Shown here in pieces: positions 38,909-50,759 of a DNA stretch of 64,000 nt. The first letter of the stretch is position 1. Every line of letters starts with the position of its first letter. The notes under the pieces are model-generated. The model was not told where the DNA came from and did not search any database. It saw only the letters and a program-made list of their open reading frames with translations. Both the position numbers and the translations under genes were made by a program. The DNA is taken from positions 157,916,001-157,980,000 of the forward strand of contig CM059431.1 in the NCBI GenBank assembly GCA_030390025.1, read 5' to 3'. The stretch comes from Squalus acanthias. Its lineage: Eukaryota.

Positions 38909-39329
38909 TTTGTTAAGTTTCCTTTAAAGTTTTATTTAGTTACAGATAATTGATTGGTTTACATCAAAAGAGTAAGAAGAGTAAAACAAGGTTACACTGC
39001 AGTAGGAGTAAAGTGGCACAGCAGGCAGTGGAAACCAGTTTTCTAACCAATCAGCAGGGGGGACTCATTGTGGCTGTAAACAAACAATCAGTATAGAAAG
39101 ACCAGTGCGAGTGCGAACAAGCACTGAGTGCGAGTCAGCAGAGAGTGATGTGAGTTTGGGTAAGTGTGAGAGTTCTTTAATTGTTAGTTCTCTTTAAATC
39201 ATTCTTGGTAAAAGTACTTAAGCAGTTTAAGTGAAGGGGAAAAGTTAAATATTTGGGATTCCGTTGGTTTAAGAAGAGTAAAATAAGCTTACACTGCAGC
39301 AGGAGTAAATTGGCACAGCAGACAGTGGA

Positions 39330-39465
39330 AACCAGTTTTCTAACCAATCAGCAGGGGTGACTCATTTGGCTGTAAACAAACAAACAATATAAAAAGACCA
39401 GTGCTAGTGCGAGCAAGCACTGAGTGCGAGTCAGCAGAGAGTGCTGTGAGTTTGGGTAATTGTGA
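39330..39465 (+). promoter_or_regulatory. Putative Pol II promoter in the CR1-B monomer (CCAAT, TATA, leader, splice-donor-like GTGAGT/GTAA)
   Basis: aaccaatcag ~39342, tataaaaag ~39388; the element's 5' end corresponds to a point ~35 nt after the TATA motif (monomer start 39426). Confidence 0.45.
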
Positions 39466-39690
39466 GTTCGGGTGAGTGGGGTGCAGGGTGATCTTTTCAA
39501 ACTTTAACTCTGTGGGTTGTAGTTAATAAGGCATTTCGCGTGCAGAGTGACAGTTGGTAAACTATTTAACTGGTGTAATTTAGAGGGATTGATTTAATTT
39601 AAATCCAATTAATTAGAGGGGATACTAGCATCTATAATCGGGCAGAGAGTGTCCATAACTAACAATTAAAAATTTAATTAATTACATAGA

Positions 39691-40644
39691 ATGGAGCAGG
39701 TGATGTGTTACTGTTCCGAGATGTGGGAGTCGGTGGACCCCATTGAGGCTCACGGTGATTCCATCTGTGACAATTGTCTGCTGCTACAGGAACTCCAGCT
39801 CCGTGTTGATGAGCTGGAGTCTGAGCTTCAGACACTGCGACACATCAGGGAGGGGGAGAAGTACCTGGACACTGTGTTTCAGGAGGTGGTCACACATATG
39901 AAGTTAATTAATCCAGATGTAGCCCATGGTCAGGGACAGGACGGTGTGACTACGATTGAGGCAGGTACAGGGATCCAGGAGGTAGTGTTGGAGGAGCCGC
40001 AGCCCTTGCACTTGTCCAAAATGTTCGAGGTTATTACTCCCTGTGGGTACAGGAGCAGGGACTGCAGGGAGGATGAGCAACCTGGCCACAGCACCGTGGA
40101 ACGGAGGGCCATTCAAGAGGGGGGAGTAAATAGAAATGTTGTAGTGGTTGGGGATAGTATTATTAGGGGGATAGATAGAGTTCTCTGCAGCCGAGAGCAA
40201 GAGTCCCGTAGGCTGTGTTCCCTGCCCGGTGCCAGGGTTAAGGACATCTCCTCTGGGCTGGAAAGAAACTTGCAGTGGGAGGGGGTGGATCCAGTTGTCG
40301 TGGTCCATGTTTGTACAAACGACGTAGATAGGACAAGGAAGCCGGTTCTTTTAAAGGAATATGAGCAGCTAGGGGTCAAATTAAAAAACAGAACCTCAAG
40401 GGTAATAATCTCTGGGTTATTACCTGAGCCACGAGCGAATTTGGCTAGGACAAATAAAATTAGAGAGTTAAATGAGTGGCTCAAAGACTGGTGTGGGACT
40501 ATTGGATTTTGCTTCCTGGGACACTGGCACCAGTACTGGGGCTGGAGGGAGCTGTTCCGTTTGGACGAGCTTCACTTGGCCAGTGCTGGGACGAGAGTCC
40601 TGGCGGATCATATAACTAGGGCTGTAGAGAGGGATTTAAATTAA
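39691..40644 (+). CDS. CR1-B ORF1, open reading frame intact (zinc finger, coiled coil, SGNH esterase)
   Basis: MEQVMCYCSEMWE..ICDNC; GDSIIRG, HVCTND, DELH. Confidence 0.85.
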   Translation: MEQVMCYCSEMWESVDPIEAHGDSICDNCLLLQELQLRVDELESELQTLRHIREGEKYLDTVFQEVVTHMKLINPDVAHGQGQDGVTTIEAGTGIQEVVLEEPQPLHLSKMFEVITPCGYRSRDCREDEQPGHSTVERRAIQEGGVNRNVVVVGDSIIRGIDRVLCSREQESRRLCSLPGARVKDISSGLERNLQWEGVDPVVVVHVCTNDVDRTRKPVLLKEYEQLGVKLKNRTSRVIISGLLPEPRANLARTNKIRELNEWLKDWCGTIGFCFLGHWHQYWGWRELFRLDELHLASAGTRVLADHITRAVERDLN

Positions 40645-42960
40645 ATAGTGTGTGGGGGGGGGGGCGGTGGGGGAGGATCCTAGAGTGCAAATAATAAAAA
40701 TGACAACAGAGAAGGTCATAGAATTAGGTAGCAGTGGGGAAATTAAAAACCAGAGTGTGTCAGGAAGGGACAGAATGTATGGAGTAAAAGGTAAAGTAAT
40801 AAAAACGTCCAAAGCAGGAACTAAGTGTCACAAAAATTGTTTGAAAGTTCTCTATCTGAATGCACGTAGCATTCGTAACAAAACAGACGAGTTAATGGCA
40901 CAAATAACTACATATGGGTATGATCTTGTGGCCATTACAGAAACATAGCTGCAGGGTGACAATGCCTGGGAATTAAACATAACAGGTTATTTAACGATTA
41001 GGAAGGACAGGCAGGAAGGAAGGGGAGGTGGGGTGGCTATGTTAATAAAGGAAGGAATCACTGTAATACAGAGAAATGATATTGGGTCAAAAGATCAGGA
41101 TAATGAAACAGTTTGGGTGGAGATAAGGAATAATAAGGGGAAAAAGCATTCGTGGGCGTAGTCTATAGGCCTCCGAACAGTTGCAACTCTGTTGGACGGA
41201 GTATCAATCAGGAAAAAGTTGAGGGTTGTAATAAGGGAACATCTATAATTATGGGGGATTTTAACCATCATATTAATTGGACAAATCAAATTGGGCTTGA
41301 GGATGAGTTCATTGAGTGTATTAGGGATGGGTTTCTTGAGCAGTATGCAACTGAACCGACCAGGGGGTAAGCAACCTTAGATCTGGTCCTGTGTAACGAG
41401 ACAGGATAAATAAAAAATGTCCTAGTAAAGGATACCCTTGAAATGAGTAACCATAACATGGTTGAATTCCATATTCAATTAGAGGGTGAGAAGATTGGAT
41501 CTCAAACAAGCGTGCTAAGCTTGAATAAAGGAGACTATGAAGGTATGCCAGCGGAATTGAGTAGAGTGGATTGGGAAAATAGATTAAAGGGTAAGACGGT
41601 ACATGAAGTGCTGTACATTTAAGGAGTTATTTTACAACTTCCAAAAAATATATATTCCACTGAGAAGAAAAGGGTGTAAAAGAAAAGACAGTCATCCGTG
41701 GCTAAGTAAAGAAGTTAAGGATAGCATTCGACTAAAAACAATGCCATATAAGGTAACCAAATCCAGTGGGAGGAGAGAGGATTGGGAAAACTTTAAAAGA
41801 CAGCAAAAAATAACAAAAAGTTTGATTAAGAAAGGGAAGATAGATTATGAAAGTAAATTAGCAAAAAATATAAAAACAGATAGTCAGAGATTTTATAGTT
41901 ATATAAAAAGAAAAAGGGTGGCTAAAGTAAATGTTGGTCCCTTAGAGGATGAGACCTGGAAATTAATGGTTGGAAATATGAAGATGGCAAATACACTGAA
42001 TGAATATTCTGTATCAGTCTTTACAGTAGCGGACACTAAGGATATCCCAACACTGGACAAACAGGGGGCTATAGGGGGAGAGGAGCTAAACAAAATCAAA
42101 ATCACTAACGAAGTGGTACTCGGTAAAATAATGGGACTCAAGGCGGATAAATCACGTGGACCTGATGACTTACATCCTAGGGTCTTGAGGTAAGTGTCGG
42201 TAGGGATTGTGGATGCATTGGTAATAATTTTCTAAAACTCCCTGGACTCAGCAAAGATCCCGGCAGACTGGATAACTGCGAAAGTAACAGCCTTATTTAA
42301 AAAGGGCAGTAGACAGAAGGATGGAAACTATAGACCGGTTAGCCTAACATCTGTGGTAGGTAAAATTTTGGAGTCCATTATTAAGGAGACCGGAACCGGA
42401 ATTTTGGATAATCATAATTTAATAGGACATAGTCAGCATGGTTTTATAATGTTTGACAAATTCGCTGGTGTTCTTTGAGGAAGTAACATACAGGGTGGAT
42501 AAAGGGGAACCAGTGGATGTGGTGTATTTAGAATTCCAAAAGGCATTTGACAAGTTGCCACACAAAAGGTTATTGCTTAAGATAAAAAATCACGGGATTG
42601 GGGTTAATATTCTGGCATGGATAGAGGATTGGCTATCTAACAGAAGGCAGAGTGTTGGGATAAATGGTTCATTCTCAGACTGGCAATCAGTAACTAATGG
42701 TGTTCTGCAGGGGTCACTGCTGGGTCCCCAACTCTTTGCAATCTATATTAACGATTTGGAGGAGGGGACCGACTGTAACATATCAAAGTTTGCAGATGAT
42801 ACTAAGATGAGAGGGAAAGTAGTGAGTGAGGAGGACATAAAAAATCTGCAAGGGGACATAGACAGGCTAAGTAAGTGGGCAGAGATTTGGCAGATGGAAT
42901 ACAATACTGCAAAGTGTGAGGTAATGCACTTTGGCAGGAAAAATAGTAGATCAAGTTATT

Positions 42961-43723
42961 GGCCCGAAAATTAGACCTAATACGCGAGAGTACCCACTGT
43001 GTACTCTCGCATATTAGTTCCAGAATTGCCGGTTTCTTGCATGCACTGCGCAAGCGCGGGAAACCGGCACTTCGTGAATTGCAAAGGGGGCGGTTCCAAA
43101 GTGAACCGCGTGCGCACTACAGTTTGTGCGCACGCAGTGCACTTAGTTTTTTGTTCAGGTTTGAACGCGCAGGTAAGTGTTGAAGATTTTACACATAAAG
43201 AAAGCAGGCGTAGGCACCCCTTTTAATAAGGTAAGTAGTTAATTAAGCGTTATTTTAAAAAAAATCAACAGGTTTATCTTTTTTAGAGATTTTAAAGAAA
43301 GATAAGTTTATTTTTATAACTTTTAAAAAGATTTTTAATTTTTTCAAAAATTTAATTTTTTGTTTAAAGTGGTTAATTTATTTAACTATAGTTATTTTAT
43401 TAATGTGACAGCTTTTTTAAAAATTTAATTGAGGTTTAGGTGTTCTTTTGGGGGCTTGTAGTATTCATAGCTTTGACAGCACTTGCTGTCAAAACTATGA
43501 ATGAAAGATGGTGCGCTGCCATTGGCTCTAACTGAATCACGTGATCCCAGAGCTCGCACGAACTAATTGCGCCTCTGGGACATGCAATCACTGCACGCTG
43601 GCAACAGGGAGAGGCCCAGAAACTGAAGTTCGTGTGGGCCCGAAACAAAAATGTAGGCGCGGAGTGCGATATCGCAGGGAATCCTTACCCCCGTGGGAAC
43701 CATCGATGTTTAATTTTTGGGCC
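42961..43723. mobile_element. PIF/Harbinger-like MITE
   Basis: TIRs ggcccgaaaatta / taatttttgggcc, 3-bp TSD ATT within CR1 agttattatct; internal hairpin 43463-43502. Confidence 0.8.
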
Positions 43724-46700
43724 ATTATCTAAATGGCAAGAATCTGGAATGTACTGAAGTACAAAGGGATCTGGGGGTCCTGGTGCACGAAACTCAAAAG
43801 GTTAGTATGCAGGTGCAGCAAGTGATTAAGAAGGCCAACTGAATGTTGGCTTTAATTGCTAAGGGGATAGAATATAAAAAATAGGGAGGTATTGCTTCAG
43901 TTGTACAAGGTATTGGTGAGACCGCACCTGGAATACTGCATACATTTTTGGTGTCCATACTTAAGAAAAGACATACTTGCTCTCGAGTCAGTACAAAGAA
44001 GGTTCGCTCGGTTAATCCCGGGGATGAGGGGATGAACATATGAGAAGAGGTTGGGTAGATTGGGACTCTACTCATTGGAGTTCAGAAGAATGAGAGGTGA
44101 TCTTATTGAAACATATAAGATTGTGAAGGGGTTGGATCGGGTGTATGATGGGAGGATGTTCCCGATGATGGGTGAAACTAGAACTAGGGGGCATAGTCTT
44201 TGAATAAGGGGCTGCTCTATCAAAACTGAGATGAGAAGCAACTACTTCACTCAGAGGGTGGTAGGTCCATGGAATATGGTGCCCCAAAATGCTGTAGAAG
44301 CTACATCATTACATAAATTTAAAACAGAAATAGACAGTTTCCTAGAAGTAAAGGGAATTAAGGGTTACGGGGAGAGGGCAAGAATTTGGACACGAGTCTA
44401 GGTTCGGATCGGTCATGGCCCTGTGGGTAGCGTAGCGGGCCCAGGCGCCGTGTAGCCTGATCCTACTCCTATTTCGTGTGTCCAATTCTGTTAGGTTCAG
44501 GAGATGGTTCTGTGATAGTAGATTGGCGGTTAGGATCAGATCAGCCATGATCTTATTGAATGGCGGAGCAGGCTCGAGGGGCCAATTGGCCTAATCCTGC
44601 TCCTATTTCTAATAATTCAAAGATTAGAGACACGGCAATAGAGAAAGGTATTAATATTAGAAATGATAAGTAGAGCGTGACAGGAAGGGATAGGGTGTAC
44701 AAATGTAAGATTAAATCAACAGATAACGCTAGAGGTTACAAAAATAATAAAAGAACAAAACTAAAGTCTCTGCCTTTGAATGCACGTAGCATTCAAAACA
44801 AAACAGATGAACCGATAGCGCAAATAAAAATAAATAAATATGATCTGATAGACATTACAGAAACATGGCTGCAGGATGACATAAATTGGGACCTGAATAT
44901 TGAAGGGTACATGTCATTTAGGAAGGACAGGAAGGTGGGAAAAGGTGGAGGGGTGGCCCTGTTATTTAATTATGGTATTAGAACAATAGAGAGGGATGAC
45001 CTAAGTTCAGGAAACGAGGATGGAGTAGCGCTTTGGGTAATGATGAGAAATAATAAATGCAAGAAGTCAATTGTGGGAGTGCTGTTCAGGCCCCCTAACA
45101 GTAACCACATGGTAGGATGGAGTATAAAGGACGAAGTAATGGGAGCTTGTCAGAACGGTACGGCAATAATCATGGGGGATTTTAAACTGCATATAGACTG
45201 GAAAAATCAGATGGCCAAAGGTAGCATAGATGAGGAGATCTTGGAATGTTTTCAGGATAATTTCTTACAACAGCACGTTTTGGAGAAAACCAGAGAGCAG
45301 GCTATACTAGACCTGGAATTGTGCAACGAGATAGGATTAATTAATGACCTCATAGTGAAGGCGTCCCTAGGTAGCAGCGATCATAATATGATTGTATTTT
45401 ATGTTCAGTTTGAGAGAGAGATGAGTGGGTCCAAGACTAGTAATTTAAACTTAAATAAGGGCAATTATGAGGGCATGAAAGCAAAGCTAGCTAAAGTGAA
45501 CTGGCAAATTATGTTAAGGGATAGTTCAATAGAGTTGCAGTGGCAGACATTTAAGGGGATATTTCAAAATACACAGAATATATACATTCCAACAAGAAAG
45601 AAAAATTCCAAGGGGTGGATAACTAAAAAAGTTAAAGATAGTATTAAATTAAAGCAAAAGCATATAATTGCGCAAAGATGTGTAGCAGGTCAGAAGATTG
45701 GACAGAATATAAAAAACAGCAAATAATTACTAAAAGATTAATAAGGAGAGAAAAATTAGAGTACGAGAGAAAGCTAGCTAGAAATATAAAAACCGATAGT
45801 AAGAGTTTAAACAGATATTTTAAAAAGACAAATTAACAAAGTCAGCGTTCGTCCAATAAAATGTGAGTCTGGGGAATTAATAATGGGACATAAGGAGATG
45901 GCAGTTGAATTGAACAGGTATTTTTTCATCGTTCTTCACAATAGAGGATACAAGTAACATCCCAGAAATAGCTGTAAATCAGGAAATGGAAGGGAGGGAG
46001 AAACTCAAGAAAATAATAATAATAACCGCAAGTGGTACTGAGCAAATTGTTGGAGCTGCGGGCTGACAAGTCCCCGGGTCCTGATGGACTTCATCCTAGG
46101 GTCTTAAAATAAGTGGCTAGTGAGATATTTGATGCGTTGGTTTTAATTTTCCAAAATTCCCGAGATTCGTGGAAGGTTCCATTAGATTGGAAAATAGCGA
46201 ATGTAACCCCTTTATTTAAAAAGGGAGGGAGACAAAAAGCAGGAAGCTGCAGGCCAGTTAGCTTAACATTTGTCATAGGGAAGATTTTAAAAAGCTATTT
46301 TTAAAGATGTTATAACAGGGCACTTAGAAAGGTCCAAAGTAATCAGGCAGAGTCAGCATGGTTTTGTGCAAGGGAAATCATGGTTAAATAATTTATTGGA
46401 GTTCTTTGAGGAAGTGACAAGTGCTGTGGATAAAGGGGAACCGGCGGATGTACTGTACTTAGATTTCCAGAAGGCATTTGATAAGATGCCACATCAAAGG
46501 TTATTGTGGAAAATAAAATTTCATGGTGTAGGGGGTAACATATTGGCATGGATTGAAGATTGGCCAGCTAACAGGAAACAGAGAGTAGGCATAAATGGGT
46601 CATTTACTGATTGGCAAAATGTAACGAGCGGTGTGCCACAGGGATCAGTGCTGGGGCCTCAACTTTTTACAATTTATATAAATGACTTGGATGAAGGGAC

Positions 46701-46890
46701 CGAAGGTATGGTTGCTAAATTTGCTGATGACACAAGGATAGATAGGAAAGTAAATTGTGAAGAGGACACAAGGAGGCTTAAAGGGATATAGATAGGTTAA
46801 GTGAGGGGGCAAAGATATGGCAAATGGAGTATAATGTGTGGAAAATGTGAAGTTGTCCATTTTGGCAGGAAGAATAAAACAGAAGCAACT

Positions 46891-47155
46891 AATAGAAACA
46901 TAGAAACATAGAAGATAGGAGCAGGAGTGGGCCATTCGGCCCCTCTAGCCTGCTCCGCCATTCAATGCGATCATGGCTGATCATCCAAATTCAAAAGTCT
47001 GTCCCTGCTTTCTCCCCATATCCCTTGATCAATTTAGCCTTAAGAAATATATCCAACTCCTTCTTGAATATATTTAATGAATTGGCCTCTACTGCCTTCT
47101 GTGGTAGAGAATTCCCCGGGTTCACCACTCTCTGGGTGAAGAAATTCCTCCTCAT
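46891..47155 (-). mobile_element. CR1 3' terminal fragment
   Basis: RRNFFTQRVVNPGNSLPQK..YGEKAG, tail atagaaac repeats. Confidence 0.9.
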
Positions 47156-48032
47156 CCACCCACAAAAGCCCATCACCTCCACATTCCACCTCTCCACCCA
47201 TTCAGCAAACCTATCTTTGAAAGTCTCCTTTTGCGGCGCAGTTAAACCAATCCAAACCCCTCCTATTTAGGAGTCGCAAAGGATCGCCCCCTGTCATATA
47301 CACAGCATCTCCAGAACCTTGGGAATAAACTAAAGAATAGGGTAAACTTGATCCAGAAACTCGCCGGATCCACATTGGGAGCAGACTCTCAAACCCTCCG
47401 TATGGCAGCACTCGCCCTGTTGTACCCTACAGCGGAGTGCTGCTCTCCGGCATGGCTATCATGTTCGCATGTCAAATCCGTTGATGTCCAGCTGCATTCT
47501 ACAATAACAATTATCACTGATAGGCTTTAATCGACATCAACACCTTGGCTGCTCCTTCATGAAAACATCGCCCCACCACACCTATGCCGCGAATATGCAG
47601 TTTCCATCGAATATAACGGTTATACCAGCAACGACTTGCCATACCAGGCCAACTTGAACAACCTACCACCAGCCTGTCTCTAATCTAGAAGGCCATTTTG
47701 GACCGTCGCCAAAGCGCTTCAGTGATCTCCCCTCAGCCATGATGACCGATGGCGAAATGCATGGAAGAACTGGTGGAAAACAATCAAACGCCTCAAAACC
47801 AGTCATGGTAGATGCTGCCACCTTCAAAATAGATGGAATATTAAAGCACCCCCTAATGAGACTGTAGAGCTCCTAATCAGACCTTGGAGCACATCATTGC
47901 GCACTGCCCAAAGAGGAAATTCGCAGGCAGCCTACAAGATATCCATGCTGTTACACCGGAAGCATTTGCCTTGACATCTGACTTACATATTGACATTTGA
48001 TTTGCTTTGCTACTACCATATGAAAGAAGAAG
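47156..48032 (+). mobile_element. Vingi/Ingi-like LINE 3' fragment
   Basis: STFHL, PSYLGV..DR, IQKLAGSTLGA..LRMAALALLYPTAECCSPAW; (gaa)n tail. Confidence 0.65.
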
Positions 48033-48400
48033 ATGTTTCCCCTTTTACCTCATGTTCCATATGTTTCACGTTTTCTATGTTTCCTCTTTCCTATATTTAC
48101 GGTTTCATATATTGCATGTTGCCTATGTTTACTGTTTCCTATGGTTCCTTTTATCATTATTTACTGATTCCTCTATTTACTGTTTCATAACTTTCATGTT
48201 TCCCCAATTTCCTCCATCCTATATTTATGGGCTCCTATATTTCCTGTTTCTTACGTTTAATGTTTCCTATGTTTTCTCTTTACTATGGTTCCTGTTTCCT
48301 ATATTTCCTGTTTCATTTGTCTCTTCTTTCTTTTATTTACTGTTTCCTATGTTTAAAGTTTCCTGTATTTACGGTTGCCTATATTAATTTTTTCGAGGTT
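48033..48400 (+). repeat. Same T-rich satellite array
   Basis: tgtttcct/atgtttact units. Confidence 0.9.
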
Positions 48401-50750
48401 TACATAAGAACATAAGAAATAAGAGCCTCTTAGGACAATTCCCTCATCCCAGGAACCAGTCTAGTTAACCTTCCTTGCACGCCCTGTATGGCAACTATGT
48501 CTTTCTTTAGGTAAGGAGACCAGAACTATACACACCTCACCAATGCGCTATATAATTGTAGTAAGACTGATGTACTCTTATACTCTAATCCCTTTGTAAC
48601 ATACCAGTTCCTTTCTTAATTGCTTGCTGTACCTGCATGTTAACTTTCTGTGATTAATGTACACGCACACCCAGGTCCCTCTGAATGCAAGCACTTCCCA
48701 GTCTCTCCGCAATTAAAAAATATTCTGCTTCTTTGTTTTTTCTCCAAAAATAGTTAACTTCACACTTCCCCACATTGTATTCCATTAGGCATGTTTTTGC
48801 CTACTCAGCCAAGCTGTCTGTATCACTCTGCAGTCTCTTTGCGTCCTCCTAACAGCTTACCTTCCACCTAACTTTGTATCAGCAGCAAACATGGATACAT
48901 TACACTCAGTTCCTCATCAAATCATTAGACTAGATTGTAAATAGCTGAGGCCCAAGAACTGAACCTTTCGGTACCCCACTAGTTACAGCTTCTCAACCCA
49001 AAAAGTGATGTTTTTTCCTATACTCTGTTTTCTGTCCATTATCCAATCCTCAATCCATGCTAATATATTACCCCAATCCCATGAATCCTAATTTAGTGTA
49101 ATAAGCTCTTGTGTGGCATCTTAACGAATTCTTCTTGAAAATCCAAAAAAAAATACATCCACTGGTGCTCTCTTATCCATCCTACTAGTTACTTCTTTAA
49201 AAACTATAACAGATTTTTCAAACACGATATCCCTTTCATAAAACCATGCTGACTAAGCCGGATCGTAGTACAATTTTCTAGGTGCCTTTTTATCACATCC
49301 CTAATAATAAATGTTAGCATTTAGTCTACTGCTGATGTCAGGCTAAATGGCCGAAAGTTCTGCTTCTTTCTCTTCCTCCTATCTTAAAAAAGGGGTGATG
49401 TTTGCTACATTCCAATCCGCGGGGACTGTTCTAGATTCGATGGATTTCTGGAAGATTAATCCCAGTTCCTCTCTGCAGCTGCCTCTTTAGTTAAGAGACA
49501 TTAAACACATACTTTGTATCTATCCTCTCGATAGAGGACACAAATGATTTTGTTTATTGTCTCAGCCATTTCCTGCCTCTCTCACTAATGGACCCACGCT
49601 TAATTTCACGAATTTCTTCCTATTTACATAACTATAAAAGCGTTAAAATCTGTTTTACGTCGTTTGCTAATTTACTCTCACATTATTTTTTCACTTTCCA
49701 TATCAATTTCTTCGTTCTCCTTTGCTGACTTCTAAAATCCTGCCAATCCTCAGGCCTGCTATTCTTTTTGCCAACATTATATGCCTCTTCCATTGATCGA
49801 ATGCTACGTTTAACTTCTCTTGTTAGCCACGGTTGGACCGCTTTTCCTGTGGGATTTGTGTGCCTTAAAGGAATGTAAATTTGTTGTAAATTATGTATTA
49901 GTTCTTTAAATGCTAACCATTGCGTTTATACTGTTATAACTTTTAACGTAGTTTCCAAATCTGACTTAGCCAACTGGTCCCTCAGACCTACGTAGTTTTC
50001 TTTGTTTATATTTAGGACTCTTGTTTCGCATTGAAATAAATCACTTTCAAACTCAATATAATATTCTATCATATTATGGTCACTCTTCCCGAAATGCCCA
50101 TTTGATACAAGATTATTAATTAACCGTATCTCATTGCACAATACTAGAGCAAAATAGCCTGTTCCCTCGTTGGTTACTGAACATACTGATCTGGAAATCT
50201 ATGTTGTATACATTCCTTGAACTCGTCCTCCACTCGGTTTGCCCAGTTTATATGTAGATTAAAGTCCCTCATGATTACTGTATTACCGTCGTTACATGCG
50301 CCTCTAATTTCCTGATTTATACTCTCCCTACATTACAACTACTGTCTGGGGCCTATAATAAATCCCACCAATGTTTTCTGCTCCTTGCTGTTTCTTAGCT
50401 CCAGCCAAACTGTTTATATTTCTGGAGTTTCCGAGCTAAGAACCTTATTCTCTACTGTCTTCATCCCATCTTTTATTATCAGGGCTGGCCCTCCTGCTTT
50501 TCCATTTTCCCTATCACTTCTAAAAGTTATGTATCCTCAAGTATTTAGTTCCCAACCTTGGCCACTTTGCAACTTCGTCTCAGTTATGGCTATTAGATTA
50601 AACCTGTTAATTTCTATCTGTGCTATTAATTCATGTATTTTGTTGCAAATGCTTCGCGTATTCAGATATAGTGGGTTTAGTCTTGACTTTTTTCAGCTTA
50701 GTCGCTGATGCCCTATTAACTTTGTTACACTCTCTGTCCCTTCCTGACCC
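48401..50750 (-). mobile_element. Highly degenerate CR1 ORF2 with internal deletions
   Basis: KSDHNMIEY EN motif and RT remnants on the minus strand; tail acataagaacataagaa. Confidence 0.8.
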
Positions 50751-50759
50751 ACTCTAAAC

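Larger units (their letters stand above)
31795..38972 (+). mobile_element. Full-length Tx1-clade (L1 superfamily) non-LTR retrotransposon, frameshifted
   Basis: GC-rich. ORF1 from ATG 32825 with CCHC knuckle CYACKEMGHARKNC. ORF2 35011-38908 with MKITIASLNING, FLQETH, GGDFNC, LDQEKAFDRVDH, YADD and C-terminal CHFCGLEE..HIYVEC. Flanked by a 69-bp direct repeat. Confidence 0.9.
31586..44612 (+). mobile_element. CR1-B: full-length degenerate CR1 with ~297-bp 5' tandem monomers, ORF1 39691-40644, ORF2 ~40700-44390
   Basis: Monomer starts at 31586, 39130 and 39426; candidate TSD taatt; EN and RT motifs; duplicated 3' UTR. Confidence 0.85.
27706..46890 (+). mobile_element. CR1-A: outer degenerate CR1 (5' UTR 27706-28410, ORF1 30755-31543, ORF2 ~44677-46890) split by nested insertions
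   Basis: 5' repeats at ~27757 and ~28068. ORF1 MAGQVMCCDCIMWE..HVGTND..DGLH. Resumes after 44612 with TSD taatt. EN ORF 44677-45726 and RT remnants. Confidence 0.75.
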
